64,000 nt of DNA, from the NCBI GenBank assembly GCA_943787795.1, contig CALSNU010000004.1, positions 448,001-512,000 of the forward strand, written 5' to 3'. Of this stretch, positions 37,798 to 47,921 are shown piece after piece. Position numbers and translations under genes: made by a program. Each line of letters starts with the position of its first letter. Position 1 is the first letter of the stretch. A model generated the notes under the pieces. It was not told the DNA's origin, searched no databases, and saw only the letters and a program-made list of their open reading frames with translations. Source of the DNA: an uncultured bacterium (GTDB lineage Bacteria > Planctomycetota > UBA1135 > GCA-002686595).

Positions 37798-40700
37798 TCA
37801 GGCCACGAGCGAGGGCGCGTCCGCGGTTCGAGACTCAGCCGACACGGTCAACAGGTCAGCCACCGCGTCGACTCCCAGGCCTCGAAGCGCCGCGAGTTCA
37901 CCCTCGGCTCGCCAGATGTGGGCGAGTTCGGTCAGGTACTCGTGCAGCTGTCTCGAGCATGGCCGTCGCGAGCTCCACGCCCTCTGCACCAGTGCGCTCG
38001 AACGAGCCGATGTGCACCTGGCTCAGCTCTTCTGCGAAGCCCTCGGCCCGTGCCCTGTCAGGCAGAGTCTGCACCACGAGGTCGTCGTGCAGGCCGACTG
38101 TGCCAGCCAGGCGATCCCGCCAGATCCGATGTCGACCGGCCGCAGGGTGGGCCGCGACGATCTGGAGTTCGCTCGCAGCGCGCTCTCGAGTCCATTGACG
38201 AAGGCCCTCGAAGGTCCACTCCTTGTGGTGCTCGACATGTGCTTCGTCCCGATGGACCACCCGCACTCCGGCGAGGTCCTGAAGACGGAAGCCCAGCTCG
38301 AGGTCGACGCTCCCCGCGAAGCACTCCTCCTCGGCAACGCCACCGACCTCGAGGACGGCGCGACGGGAGACGCTGGCATTGCACAGGCGGAAGGCCGTCC
38401 AGTCGTGGAGGCGTGTGACGTCGAGAGGGGCGGAGAGCGAACCGAGGTCCTGCCCCTCGAGCGAGCGCATCAGCGCGTTGCTGCCCGTGGCAGGGGCCCC
38501 CGTCACCGCGCCGACCACGGCCCGATCCGGCCCCGTCTCGTCGTGTGCAACGAGGTGGCGCTGGACGAGGTCCGGGGCGGCGGCGGTGTCCCCGTCAAGG
38601 AAGAGCACCAGCTCGGCGCGCGCTGCGCGGAGCCCGGCGTTCCAGGCTGCCGGCGCCGAGGCCCCGGCGAGCTGAATCCGCTGAACGGGGATGATCGGTG
38701 ACCAGGAGTCAAGCCAGGCGCCGCCTTCAGCGGAGGCGCCGTGGTCCACCAGCACCACCTCGAACCGGCCGGCCGCCGTCTGATCTTCGAGCGACCTCAT
38801 GCAGCGGCGGAGCGCCTGGGCGCTGCCCTCTGCACAGACAATGACGGAGAGCGCAGGTTGGACCTGCTCTCCTTCCCCGTGGACCTCCGGGCAGGTGACC
38901 GACGGACCGTCGCAGCCCGCTCGCTCGCAGAGCTCTCGGTAGGTCTCCGTGATCGAGGCCCTGACGGGGACCTGGACCTGGCTCCGCGGGGACCCGGTCA
39001 CTGCACGGAGCGGCGACGGCTGGAGCTGCTGGCCGACGAACGCCTCGAGGCGCGCGCGGCCCTCTTCCGAGTCCAGCTCATCCGCGTGGATGAACAGCCA
39101 CTCCCCCTCGCCGGAGTGCTCATCGAGGATCCGGCGGTAATTCTGAGCCCAGATCTCGGTGGCCCCCTCGAAGTCGAGGGTGACCCCGCCGTACTCGGGC
39201 ACGCGGACCAGGGCCCTCAGGGCCTCATCGGCCGCAGCCGCAGGGTCGTCGAAGACGCAGACGAACTTCGCGTCCCCGAGGGAGGGCCGCCAGGCGGAGA
39301 GCGTGTGGCAGAAGCGGGGATCCCCCTCGACGGGGCGGCCCTCGGCCAGGAGCCGGTCCATGCGGTCCCGAAGATCGGACTCGACGTTGAACTGAAGCGC
39401 CCCTTCCGCGCGGACGAAGCGCTGCTGAAGGCGCGCCATGGGCTCCCCGTCGCGGACCGCGTCGCTCAGCAGGAACTCGTTGATCGCGACCGTCTCTGAC
39501 ACCGCCTGCGGGGCGCTGGGCGCCGGGCCGAAGAGCAGGGCGTGGGCGGCCCCCAGCGCATCGTCCGAGGCTCCGACCACCACGAGGGGCCGTTCGAGAG
39601 TCGGCGGCGCAGGCGAGTGCGACGCCTCTCGGGGCTGTTCCCGGGGCGCCACGCGGGCCGCCTCCTCGCTCGGTGCGGGGGAGGGCTGGTGCGCGACGTT
39701 CGAGCCCGCTCCGGCCGGCGTCGCTGCCGGCTCCGAGGCAGCCAGCGCCGGATGCTCCGCGCCAGGCCAAGTCGGCGGCGCCGCGTCAGGTGCAGGCAGA
39801 TTGAAGCGCAGCTGCGACTCGGTGGCCTCACCGAGCTGCGGGAGCTGGACTCTTGAGTAGTCGAAGAGCGGCGCGTCGCCGGCTGCGGGGCTCCACTTGG
39901 CCAGGAACGCGCGCCAGTTTTGCTCCATCCAGCCGTTGTGGCGCTCCACCTTGGCGGGGCCGTCGTAGAAGGCGTGATAGACGAAGGTGTCCCGCGCCAC
40001 CCGGTTCCGCCACCCCGAGAGGCGGACCCGCAGCGCGATGTCGTCGTCCTCGAATCCCCAGGGAGAGAAGGCCTCGTCGAACCCTCCGATGCGGTCCAGG
40101 ACCTCTCCCCTCACCAGGACGCCCAAGGACGTGAAGAGGACCGAGTCCATTCCCCGTCGCGGCGCCGAGTCGAAGTGGGTGTCGGCGAATCGCTGGAGCT
40201 CCTGCTGCTCGTCGGAGCCGTGGTACTCCACCACCTGGTGCTTGGAGGCTCGGTTCGCGCAGAGGGGGATCGAGCCGACGGCCGGATCCACTGCGCCGTG
40301 GTAGAGGGCCCGGTCGAGCCAGCCCTCCGGGACGAAGACGTCATTGTCCAGGAAGGCGACCCACTCTCCCTGAGCGTGACGGATCGCCTGGTTCCTCGCG
40401 CGCGGCGCGCCGAAGTTGAAGGGGTTGCGAATGAGCGTGATGTCCGGCTGCGCCTCCAACCACTCGGCGCTGCCGTCCGTCGAGCCGTTGTCCACGATGA
40501 GGATCTCCTGCGGGTAGCGGGCGTCGGCGCCACGGCGCAGGGACTCGATGCAGCGCTGCGTGTTTGCCAGGGCGTCGCACGAGACCGCGATGATGCTCAC
40601 GCTCGTCCCTTCGGGCGCGCTATCCCGGCTGACCACCCGGAAGTCGACGCCCGTGTGCTCGAAGTAGAGGCCGCACAGTCGGGGGAACTGCGCCGCGGCC

Positions 40701-41647
40701 GAGACCACGGCGGCGAGCTCTGTGATCTGCTCAGGCGTGAGGTCCGTGCCGGCCGGCTGGGCATCGAGCTGTTCGAGCAGGTCTTGGTTGAGCTCTGACG
40801 CCTCACGCTGCTGCTCGAGGAGATCGATGAAGTCTGGCCGGAGCCCGTCTGCCGTCACGGTCCCCTCATCAAAGAAGACGTCCGGGGCGCCGACCTTGCT
40901 CCCGAGGCGCAGCTGATAGCGGCCCAGCTCGAAGGCCCGCTCAAAGAAGCTCTCGGCCGTGATGACGTGGTCGTGGTGCGCCACGCAACTCGCGCTGTGG
41001 ACCACTTGCACGCCCTGCTCTTCGAGGCGCAGGCCCAGGTCGAGCCCCTCGCAGATCGGCTGGTCGAAGTTGACCTCGTCGAATCCTCCGACGGATACGA
41101 AGGTCTCGGTGGGTGCGCTCAGGTTGGACGTCCAGAAGAACGGCCACCCGTAGCGTTCCCCGTCCTGGAGCGCGGAGAAGTGCTGGAAGAGGTCGGTCTC
41201 ATCGAGGAGGCGGGTGAAGGGGGCCTGACGCGCCTCCTCCGAGAAGCGGAACGAGCCGAGCACCGCGCAGGCCCCATCGAGCTGAGCGTGCGCCGCCACG
41301 TGCTGCTCGAGCAGGTTGGGCGCGGGGACCGCGTCATCGGTGAGCAGCAGGACGAGGGGTCCGGCGGCGAGGGCCAACCCGACGTTGCGAGCCGAGGCCG
41401 GGCCTCCCCATGCTTGGTGGGTCACGCGGCAGCGGTACGGGACGCTGTTCAGGTCGAACGCGAGCGCCGGCTGGCTGCCATCATCAACGACGATGACCTC
41501 GAAGGCCTCCGCGGGGAGCGTCTGCTCGGCGAGCATCCAGAGGAGCCGCGTCGCCGACTCGGGCCGCCCGTGGGTCGGCACGATGACGCTGATCTGGAGC
41601 ATGGCGGGGAGGGCGGAAGCGGACTCGTTCAAGCGCTCGTTCTTCAT
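37798..41647 (-). CDS. Multidomain glycosyltransferase: GT2-GT2-(degenerate sulfotransferase-like)-GT2; frameshift at ~37951
   Basis: ISVIVPTH/VDDGS/TDDAV; VDNGSTDGS/FLDNDV/GFEDDD; LSVIV/FLDGD. The ORF as written stops at 37898, but a protein-like tail QLHEYLTELAHIWRAEG...SLVA* lies in another frame ending at 37798. Confidence 0.85.
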
Positions 41648-42026
41648 GATCGGTGATTCGAGGGGCTGGCGGGGGTGCCGGGGCCCTCGGATCGAGCATC
41701 GAGCGAATGTGCGTTTCCCTTGAGCAGCTTCCGGCAGGTTCCTCGCCTCCCCCCTGGGAACGCTCCCCCTCCGTGCCTCCCCCTACCTCCGCCGGCCCCT
41801 CGTCGACCCGGCCCATGCGCCAGGCGCCCCGAGAGCCCCTCTGGGCTCCCTGGGCCCCTCAGGCGGACCGTTGGAAGCTGGCCTGGGCTTCGAGGGCATC
41901 GATCGCTGGCCGGTGCGATGCCGTCGGGAGCACGCGCCTCGCGCCAGCCGGCGCCCATGGGTCCATTGGTCCGGCGCTCGGTGGCCCAGCGGTCCAGCGG
42001 CCACCGCTCAGGGTGCGCCCTCGAGT

Positions 42027-43820
42027 TCAGCGCAAGGTGACGGCGACGGCCTCGGTGAGGTTGCTGGTCGCCCCGCCGCCCAGCTGCACGTCGCGGTACC
42101 AGGCCTGGAAGTAGAGGGTCTCTCCAGGCTCCGGACGGCCGCTGGCTCCCCACCCGGGCAGGTCCATGAGGTCGACCTGCAGCGCGGCGACCCCGGCGGC
42201 GCTCGCGGGACCGGCCTCACCGGCCCCGAGGAAGCGTGCCACGGCGCCCCCCAGGCAGAGTTGCCCCTGACTCCCTCCGGGTTGGAGCACGAGAGCCGGC
42301 ACCCGGCTCACCATGAAGACGGCGCCCGCCCCAGGCGGAAGACCCGTCGCCCGCAAGCTCAGGTCGTTGGTGGCGAGGACGTTCGAACCCAGAGCGATCA
42401 ATCGCGCCCCCTCCCCGGTGGAATTGGAGATGCCGCTGCAGATCACCGAGCCGAGACCGGGGTCCAGGGCCAGACGCAGAAGGGCCTGGCCCTCCCGCGC
42501 CCCCGAGGCGCTGCGCAGCGTCACGACGACGAGGAGGTCCAGGGCGTCGGTGAGCAGCAGGTCCTCCTCTCCGAAGGAGTCAATATAGAGCCCGTCATTC
42601 GCCCAGCCGTCGCCATCGAGGTCGACCCCGTCCCCCTCTCGCGCCACGACGTGGCTTCCGTTCAGGACCGCCACGGTGTCGAACTCCGGTTGGAGCTGAT
42701 CGGTGGTTCCGATGACCACAACATCACCCATCCGGTTCCCGGCCACACCGACAAACCCATCCGCCAGCCGTGAGTCATCCCAATGCTCCATCGCCCCCGG
42801 CACGACGGGGCCCCCCGTGGCGCAGAGCAGCGCGGGCCCAGCTCCGCTGCCGATCGCAGGTGAGCCGCTGACCACCCAGTCATCCCCCGTCGCGGCGTTC
42901 GAGCCGCGCGCGAACCAGCGGCCTCCTCCATCCATGGAGGCCCCGTGAATCCCGTTGGTGGCGATGGGCTCCGCGAAGCCTGAGTCGGGTACCGCGCTCC
43001 CCTCCTGGAGCACGACCCGGCCATCCACAAGCACAACGTCATCACGCCCGGTGGGCCCCTCGAGGTCCCCCAGGACCAGCCAACTCGATCCATCGAGCGC
43101 GGCCCAGAAGTCGCCGAGGTCCAGGTTCTCCAGGGGATGCTGCCCGTTCATCGACTGCCCCTGAGGGACCGACACGCCCTCCTGCAGGAGCAGCTCATCG
43201 CCGAGGATGAGCACCTCGTCCTCTCCGGTGGAAGCGACGCCGTCGATGCCATCGGCGGCGTATCCGACCCGTCCATCGTCCAGGACCACAGGCGAGTCGA
43301 TCGCGTCGTCAAGGCGTGCGTGAGCTAGCCCTGGGACGGGGTCGCCCTCCCGTGCGGCCACCTCCCATGCGCCAGCGGCCCAGCGCACGGGCAAGTAATC
43401 GTCGAGGGCGCTCGCGGAGGTGTTGGTGGCGAACACGAGGTCGCCTCTCCCGTTGATGGCGCAGCGACGGTCCAGAGTCCCGCACCGCTCCCCTCCCTGG
43501 GCCCAGGGCGCGACGTCCCCCTCTCGAAGCACGAGCTCTCCGTCAGCGATCAGGCACTCGTCCTCCCCGGAGGGCAGGTCGGCGTGGGCGGTGAGGATCC
43601 AGTGCCCGGCGGGGTGGCCGTAGATGCGGTCGAAGTGCCCCGTGCCGGTCCCCGGCTCGAACACCGTCCCGGGAAGACCAGGAACTTCGGAGCGAGAGGC
43701 CCCCACGATGTTGGTCAGCAAGACCTCGGGGACCGCCCCTTGGGTCGGGAACGCCGGGATGGCGAGCGCGGAGGAGGCGGAGAGGACGAGGGTAGCGAGG
43801 GTCTGGAGGGCGCGGTGCAT
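42027..43820 (-). CDS. Secreted beta-rich repeat protein with the same conserved C-terminal domain as the FG-GAP protein
   Basis: Signal peptide; repeated (L/A)(R/Q)EGD..P motifs; C-terminal GSVICSGISNSTG...FQAWYRD...TSNLTEAVAVTLR. Confidence 0.8.
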   Translation of the reverse strand: MHRALQTLATLVLSASSALAIPAFPTQGAVPEVLLTNIVGASRSEVPGLPGTVFEPGTGTGHFDRIYGHPAGHWILTAHADLPSGEDECLIADGELVLREGDVAPWAQGGERCGTLDRRCAINGRGDLVFATNTSASALDDYLPVRWAAGAWEVAAREGDPVPGLAHARLDDAIDSPVVLDDGRVGYAADGIDGVASTGEDEVLILGDELLLQEGVSVPQGQSMNGQHPLENLDLGDFWAALDGSSWLVLGDLEGPTGRDDVVLVDGRVVLQEGSAVPDSGFAEPIATNGIHGASMDGGGRWFARGSNAATGDDWVVSGSPAIGSGAGPALLCATGGPVVPGAMEHWDDSRLADGFVGVAGNRMGDVVVIGTTDQLQPEFDTVAVLNGSHVVAREGDGVDLDGDGWANDGLYIDSFGEEDLLLTDALDLLVVVTLRSASGAREGQALLRLALDPGLGSVICSGISNSTGEGARLIALGSNVLATNDLSLRATGLPPGAGAVFMVSRVPALVLQPGGSQGQLCLGGAVARFLGAGEAGPASAAGVAALQVDLMDLPGWGASGRPEPGETLYFQAWYRDVQLGGGATSNLTEAVAVTLR

Positions 43821-43959
43821 CGGAGCGTGGGTCAGAGAAGGAGGGGAGCAGGCCCCGGTGCCAACTCCCCTCCCTGGTGTCCGAACGAGCGGCGCCGCGG
43901 TTACTCCCTTCCCACGAGATCCCGACGCTCACGCTCCGGCCCTCGCCGCAGCCGCAGCC

Positions 43960-44673
43960 TCAGAAGGGGTTGGTGGCGAAGACCGAGAACTCGGGGACGA
44001 AGCCCCGGGCGTCGGTGCGCAGTACCCCCACCACCGCCTCGGCGATGTCCTCGGGGATCAGCTTCTTCGGCGACGCCTGCTGGTTGCCGCCGGCCCGGCG
44101 GGAGAAGTCCGTCAGCACCTCGCTCGGGTTGCAGAGCATCACGCGCACATCGTGGCGCCGGAGTTCATCCCGCCAGCACTCCGTCATCCCCCGCAGCGCG
44201 AACTTGCTGGAGGCGTAAGCCGTCCCGCGCCCGAAGCCCTTGGCGCCCGCGGTCGAGGAGATGTTCACGATCGAGCCCGAGCCTTGCTCGACCATCTTGC
44301 GGGCGGCGGCGCGGCCCACCAGGAAGGCCCCGAGCACATTGGTCCGCCAGACGCTCTCCATGTCGTCTGCGGTGGTCTCGAGGAGTGGGGCGAAGCGACC
44401 GAAGCCGGCGTTGTTGATCAGGATATCGATGCCCCCGGCGGTCTCCACCAACGTGTCGACCATGCGCTCGGCGTCGGCCTCGACGCCCACGTCCCCCTGG
44501 ATCGCCGTCACGCCAAGCTCACCGGCTGCGCGCTCGAGCGCGTCCGCGTCCCGTCCGCTGATGGCGACGGTCACGCCGAGGTCCACCAGCGAACGCGCGA
44601 TGGCGTGGCCGATACCGCTGCTCCCCCCGGTCACGAGGGCCCTCTTTCCTTTCAGTGCGTTGGATTCAGTCAT
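43960..44673 (-). CDS. Short-chain dehydrogenase/reductase (SDR)
   Basis: TGGSSGIG, NNAG, NISS, YASSK. Confidence 0.92.
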   Translation of the reverse strand: MTESNALKGKRALVTGGSSGIGHAIARSLVDLGVTVAISGRDADALERAAGELGVTAIQGDVGVEADAERMVDTLVETAGGIDILINNAGFGRFAPLLETTADDMESVWRTNVLGAFLVGRAAARKMVEQGSGSIVNISSTAGAKGFGRGTAYASSKFALRGMTECWRDELRRHDVRVMLCNPSEVLTDFSRRAGGNQQASPKKLIPEDIAEAVVGVLRTDARGFVPEFSVFATNPF

Positions 44674-44683
44674 GGTCTCAAGT

Positions 44684-47245
44684 TCATCTCCGCCGGCGCC
44701 GCCTGGGGCGCGAGCTTGGGCGGGCCGAGAGGGCATCCTCCGGCCAATCATGCTTGGGGTAACGCGTGCGCAAGTCCTTACGCACGTGGTGGTAGGCGTC
44801 CTTCCAGAAGCTCGCGAGGTCGTCCGTGACCTGCTGCGGGCGGCCGTTGGGCGCGAGGAGATGGAGCAGCACCGGGACCTTGCCGCGGGCCACGCGCGGG
44901 GTCTCGGGGAGCCCGAAGATCTCCTGGATCCGGACCGCGAGCACGGGCGCCCGCTCGCCGTCATACAGGAGCCGCAGCCGCGAGCCGCTGGGGACCTGGA
45001 CGCGCTCGGGCGCGTGGGTGTCGAGGCCCACGCGCTGCGCGTGGGTGAGGCCACCGAGCAGGACGTCGACGACCGGGGCCTTCTGCAGGTCCGCGAACGA
45101 GCGGCGCCCCGGGACGAGCATCGGGAGCAACGCTTCGAAGGCGGCAGCGTCTGGTTCGGGGAGCTCGAGCTCAGGGGCGTGGACCCGGAGGAAGCGGATG
45201 CGCTCCACGACCCCGCTCACCTCCTCTCGGTCGAGGCCGAGCGCCGCGCTCAGCTCCTCCCGCGCGGCCTCCATCAGCACCGCCTCAGCAGCCGGCGCGT
45301 CCTGCACCGGGTGATCCGACTCCGCGAGCAATAGGGGCCCGAGCAGCTCCCGGCGGCGCCCGACGACCCGGCGCAGCCGCGCATCAAAGACGGGCACCGT
45401 CTCCACGCGCACCTCGCCGCCGTCGACCCACTCGCGCTCCACGGCCGAAGCCATGCGCACCAGGTCCTCGTCGCCGCGCCGGAACCCGGCCGTGACCTGG
45501 ATCGCGACGAAGAGCTCGGCCTCGGTCACGCCACACTCCCGCGCCAACCGCACGCCACGGCCGCCGGCCATCACCGCGCGCTCTCCGTCATCGGTGCGGC
45601 GCCGACAGAGCCGGTCGGAGAACGCCACGTGCACGGCCCGAGCGAGGGCCTCCTCGGCCCCGTGGGCGTCGAGCGCCTCCCCTCCCGATGCGCCGCGGAC
45701 GCGCCTCAGAATCTGATCCCTCGCGCGCAGGACCTGGCGCGCCCCCCCCTGGATGAGCTCCCCCACTGGCGTGGACGTCCGGCGGCTGGACTCGAAGGCG
45801 TGCAGGGCTGCCACCCGCTCGAACAGATCGGACTCGGTGGCGTCGGGGCGCGGAGCGTGGGGTCCCCGGGCCGTGCGGAACGGGTCGCGCTCCGAGAGCA
45901 TCGCCGCCGCCAGCGCCGCCTCCTCGGCGACCCCCAGCTCGGCGCCCTCGTGCACGAGGGCAGCCAGCCGCGGGTGGAGGGGCAGCCGCGCCAGCGACCT
46001 GCCGCGACCCGTGATCTGTCCCCGCCGGTCGAGGGCGCCGAGGGCGGCCAGCAGCTCCAGGGCCCGGGCCGTCGCGTCGGGGCGGGGCGCCTCGAACCAC
46101 GGGAACGAGCTCACGTCTGACTCCCCCCAAAGGGCGAGCTGGAGCACGGCTCCCGCCACATCGAGGCGGCGGACCTCTGGCTCGAGGGCGGGCTCCAGAT
46201 TGCGATCGTCGACGGCGCTCCAGAGACGCAGGCAGAGCCCCGGCCCCAGGCGTCCGGCGCGGCCCGCTCGCTGATCTGCCGCCGCGCGGTCGATGCGCTC
46301 CACCTTGAGCCGGTCGATTCCGGCGCCGGGCTCGTGTCGCATGACCCGAGCCTCCCCGCTGTCGACCACCGCCCGAACTCCCGCCACCGTCACGCTGGAC
46401 TCGGCCACGTTGGTGGAGAGCACCACCCGACGGCGCGGCCCCTCACGCAGGGCGGCGTCCTGCTTCTCCGGCGGGAGGTCACCGTAGAGCTCGACCACGT
46501 CGACCCCCTTGATCGATCCCAGCGCCTGACCGCAGCGCCGGATCTCCCCCACCCCCGCGAGGAACACGAGCACGTCGCCCTCGGAGCGCTCGAGGGCCTG
46601 GCGGACGGCGCGGTTCACGTGGGTGGCCAGCGCCTCCCGCCCGTCCCGGCTCCCCGCCGCGCCCCGCTCGGCCGGGACGAAGTCGACCTCGACGGGGAAG
46701 AGCCGTCCCTCGCTGGTGATGATGGGCGCGGGGCCCGTCGCGCCGCCGAGAAAGGCCGCGATCGGCTCGGCCTGGAGCGTCGCGGAGGTCGCGATCAGCC
46801 GCAGATCCTCGCGCGCCTCCTCCCGGACCCGACGGGCCATGGCCAGGGCGAGGTCGGCTTCGAGGCTGCGCTCGTGGAACTCGTCGAAGACGATGCAGCC
46901 GACGCCCTCGAGGAACGGGTCGTCCTGGAGCCGCGCGAGGAGGATCCCCTCGGTGCAGAAGAGGACCTGAGTCTTGGGGCCGGCCTTACGGTCGAAGCGG
47001 ACGTGGTAGCCCACCTCTTGCCCCAGCTGCCACCCGTTCTCCTCGGCCACCCGGCGCGCGGCGGCGCGGGCGGCGATGCGCCGCGGCTCGAGGACCACCA
47101 CCGGACCCAGACCCGCCCGCAGCAGCGCCGGCGGCACGCGGGTGGTCTTGCCCGCCCCCGGCGGGGCGACGAGCACCGAGACGCCGCGGTCCCGGGTGGC
47201 GGTCAGGACATCCTCGAGGACGTCCTCGATCGGCAGCTCCGCCAT
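44684..47245 (-). CDS. hrpB: ATP-dependent RNA helicase HrpB
   Basis: APPGAGKTT, EPRRIAAR, DEFHERS, SAT, STNVAESS, QRAGRAGR; C-terminal LLAPNGRPQQVTDDLASFW...RYPKHDWP. Confidence 0.95.
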   Translation of the reverse strand: MAELPIEDVLEDVLTATRDRGVSVLVAPPGAGKTTRVPPALLRAGLGPVVVLEPRRIAARAAARRVAEENGWQLGQEVGYHVRFDRKAGPKTQVLFCTEGILLARLQDDPFLEGVGCIVFDEFHERSLEADLALAMARRVREEAREDLRLIATSATLQAEPIAAFLGGATGPAPIITSEGRLFPVEVDFVPAERGAAGSRDGREALATHVNRAVRQALERSEGDVLVFLAGVGEIRRCGQALGSIKGVDVVELYGDLPPEKQDAALREGPRRRVVLSTNVAESSVTVAGVRAVVDSGEARVMRHEPGAGIDRLKVERIDRAAADQRAGRAGRLGPGLCLRLWSAVDDRNLEPALEPEVRRLDVAGAVLQLALWGESDVSSFPWFEAPRPDATARALELLAALGALDRRGQITGRGRSLARLPLHPRLAALVHEGAELGVAEEAALAAAMLSERDPFRTARGPHAPRPDATESDLFERVAALHAFESSRRTSTPVGELIQGGARQVLRARDQILRRVRGASGGEALDAHGAEEALARAVHVAFSDRLCRRRTDDGERAVMAGGRGVRLARECGVTEAELFVAIQVTAGFRRGDEDLVRMASAVEREWVDGGEVRVETVPVFDARLRRVVGRRRELLGPLLLAESDHPVQDAPAAEAVLMEAAREELSAALGLDREEVSGVVERIRFLRVHAPELELPEPDAAAFEALLPMLVPGRRSFADLQKAPVVDVLLGGLTHAQRVGLDTHAPERVQVPSGSRLRLLYDGERAPVLAVRIQEIFGLPETPRVARGKVPVLLHLLAPNGRPQQVTDDLASFWKDAYHHVRKDLRTRYPKHDWPEDALSARPSSRPRRRRRR

Positions 47246-47300
47246 CGGTCCCCTCCCTCGCTGCCGCTGATCGTCCTGTTGACCCATCTGGGAGCAGGCC

Positions 47301-47759
47301 TCAGTTCATCGCCGCCTGGAACGCCGCGCGGATGGCCTCCACGCGGCGTCGGTTGGCCCCCAGGTCGGAGTACCCAAGCCGGGACGCCGAGCGGACCTGG
47401 ATCACCCCGGCGTCCGCGTCGAGCCGCGCCTCGAAGTCGTCGCGGAAGCGGAGCAGCCGCGTCTTGAACACCGCGTGCACGTACTGGGGTTCACGGGTCT
47501 CGAGGGTCGCCTGCGCCCCGAGCACCTCCGTGAGGGCGTCGAACGCGCTCTCCGGATCGACGCCCGCCGGGATCGACAGGGGCTCCACCCGCGATGCGTC
47601 CCCCTGGGCCGCCTCACTTGAGACGCAATTCGGCGACCCTGGACACGCTCGGAGCGCCCCCCCCTCGAGACCGACCGCGGGCCCCACGCAGCTGGTGGCG
47701 ACGAGCAGGAGCAGGCCGGAGGCGAGCACGGCGGTGGCGAGCATGGCGCGGAGGGTCAT
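47301..47759 (-). CDS. DUF1499 family lipoprotein
   Basis: CPGSPNCVSS, FRDDFE, VRSASRLGYSDLGANRRRVE. Confidence 0.9.
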   Translation of the reverse strand: MTLRAMLATAVLASGLLLLVATSCVGPAVGLEGGALRACPGSPNCVSSEAAQGDASRVEPLSIPAGVDPESAFDALTEVLGAQATLETREPQYVHAVFKTRLLRFRDDFEARLDADAGVIQVRSASRLGYSDLGANRRRVEAIRAAFQAAMN

Positions 47760-47921
47760 CGGAGAAGAGCGTGTCCCTCGGAGTCTCGGAGAAATCGGGC
47801 CCCAGGGGAACCTGTGACTTCGCGCCCGTCGGGCACCCGAGGCAGGAAACTCACCGCGCAGGTCGGTAGGATCGGGGCCGTAGGGGGAAGAGGGGCGCGT
47901 TCCGCACCCTGCTCGAACATC

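Noticed and set aside
30783..37960. Programmed ribosomal frameshifting at the broken genes
   Set aside because: No canonical X-XXY-YYZ slippery heptamers with downstream structure were seen, the shifts differ in direction, and one gene would need two shifts.
41690..41745. Sigma-28-like promoter upstream of the triple-GT2 gene
   Set aside because: TCAAG-N14-GCTCGATG matches only loosely; not supportable.
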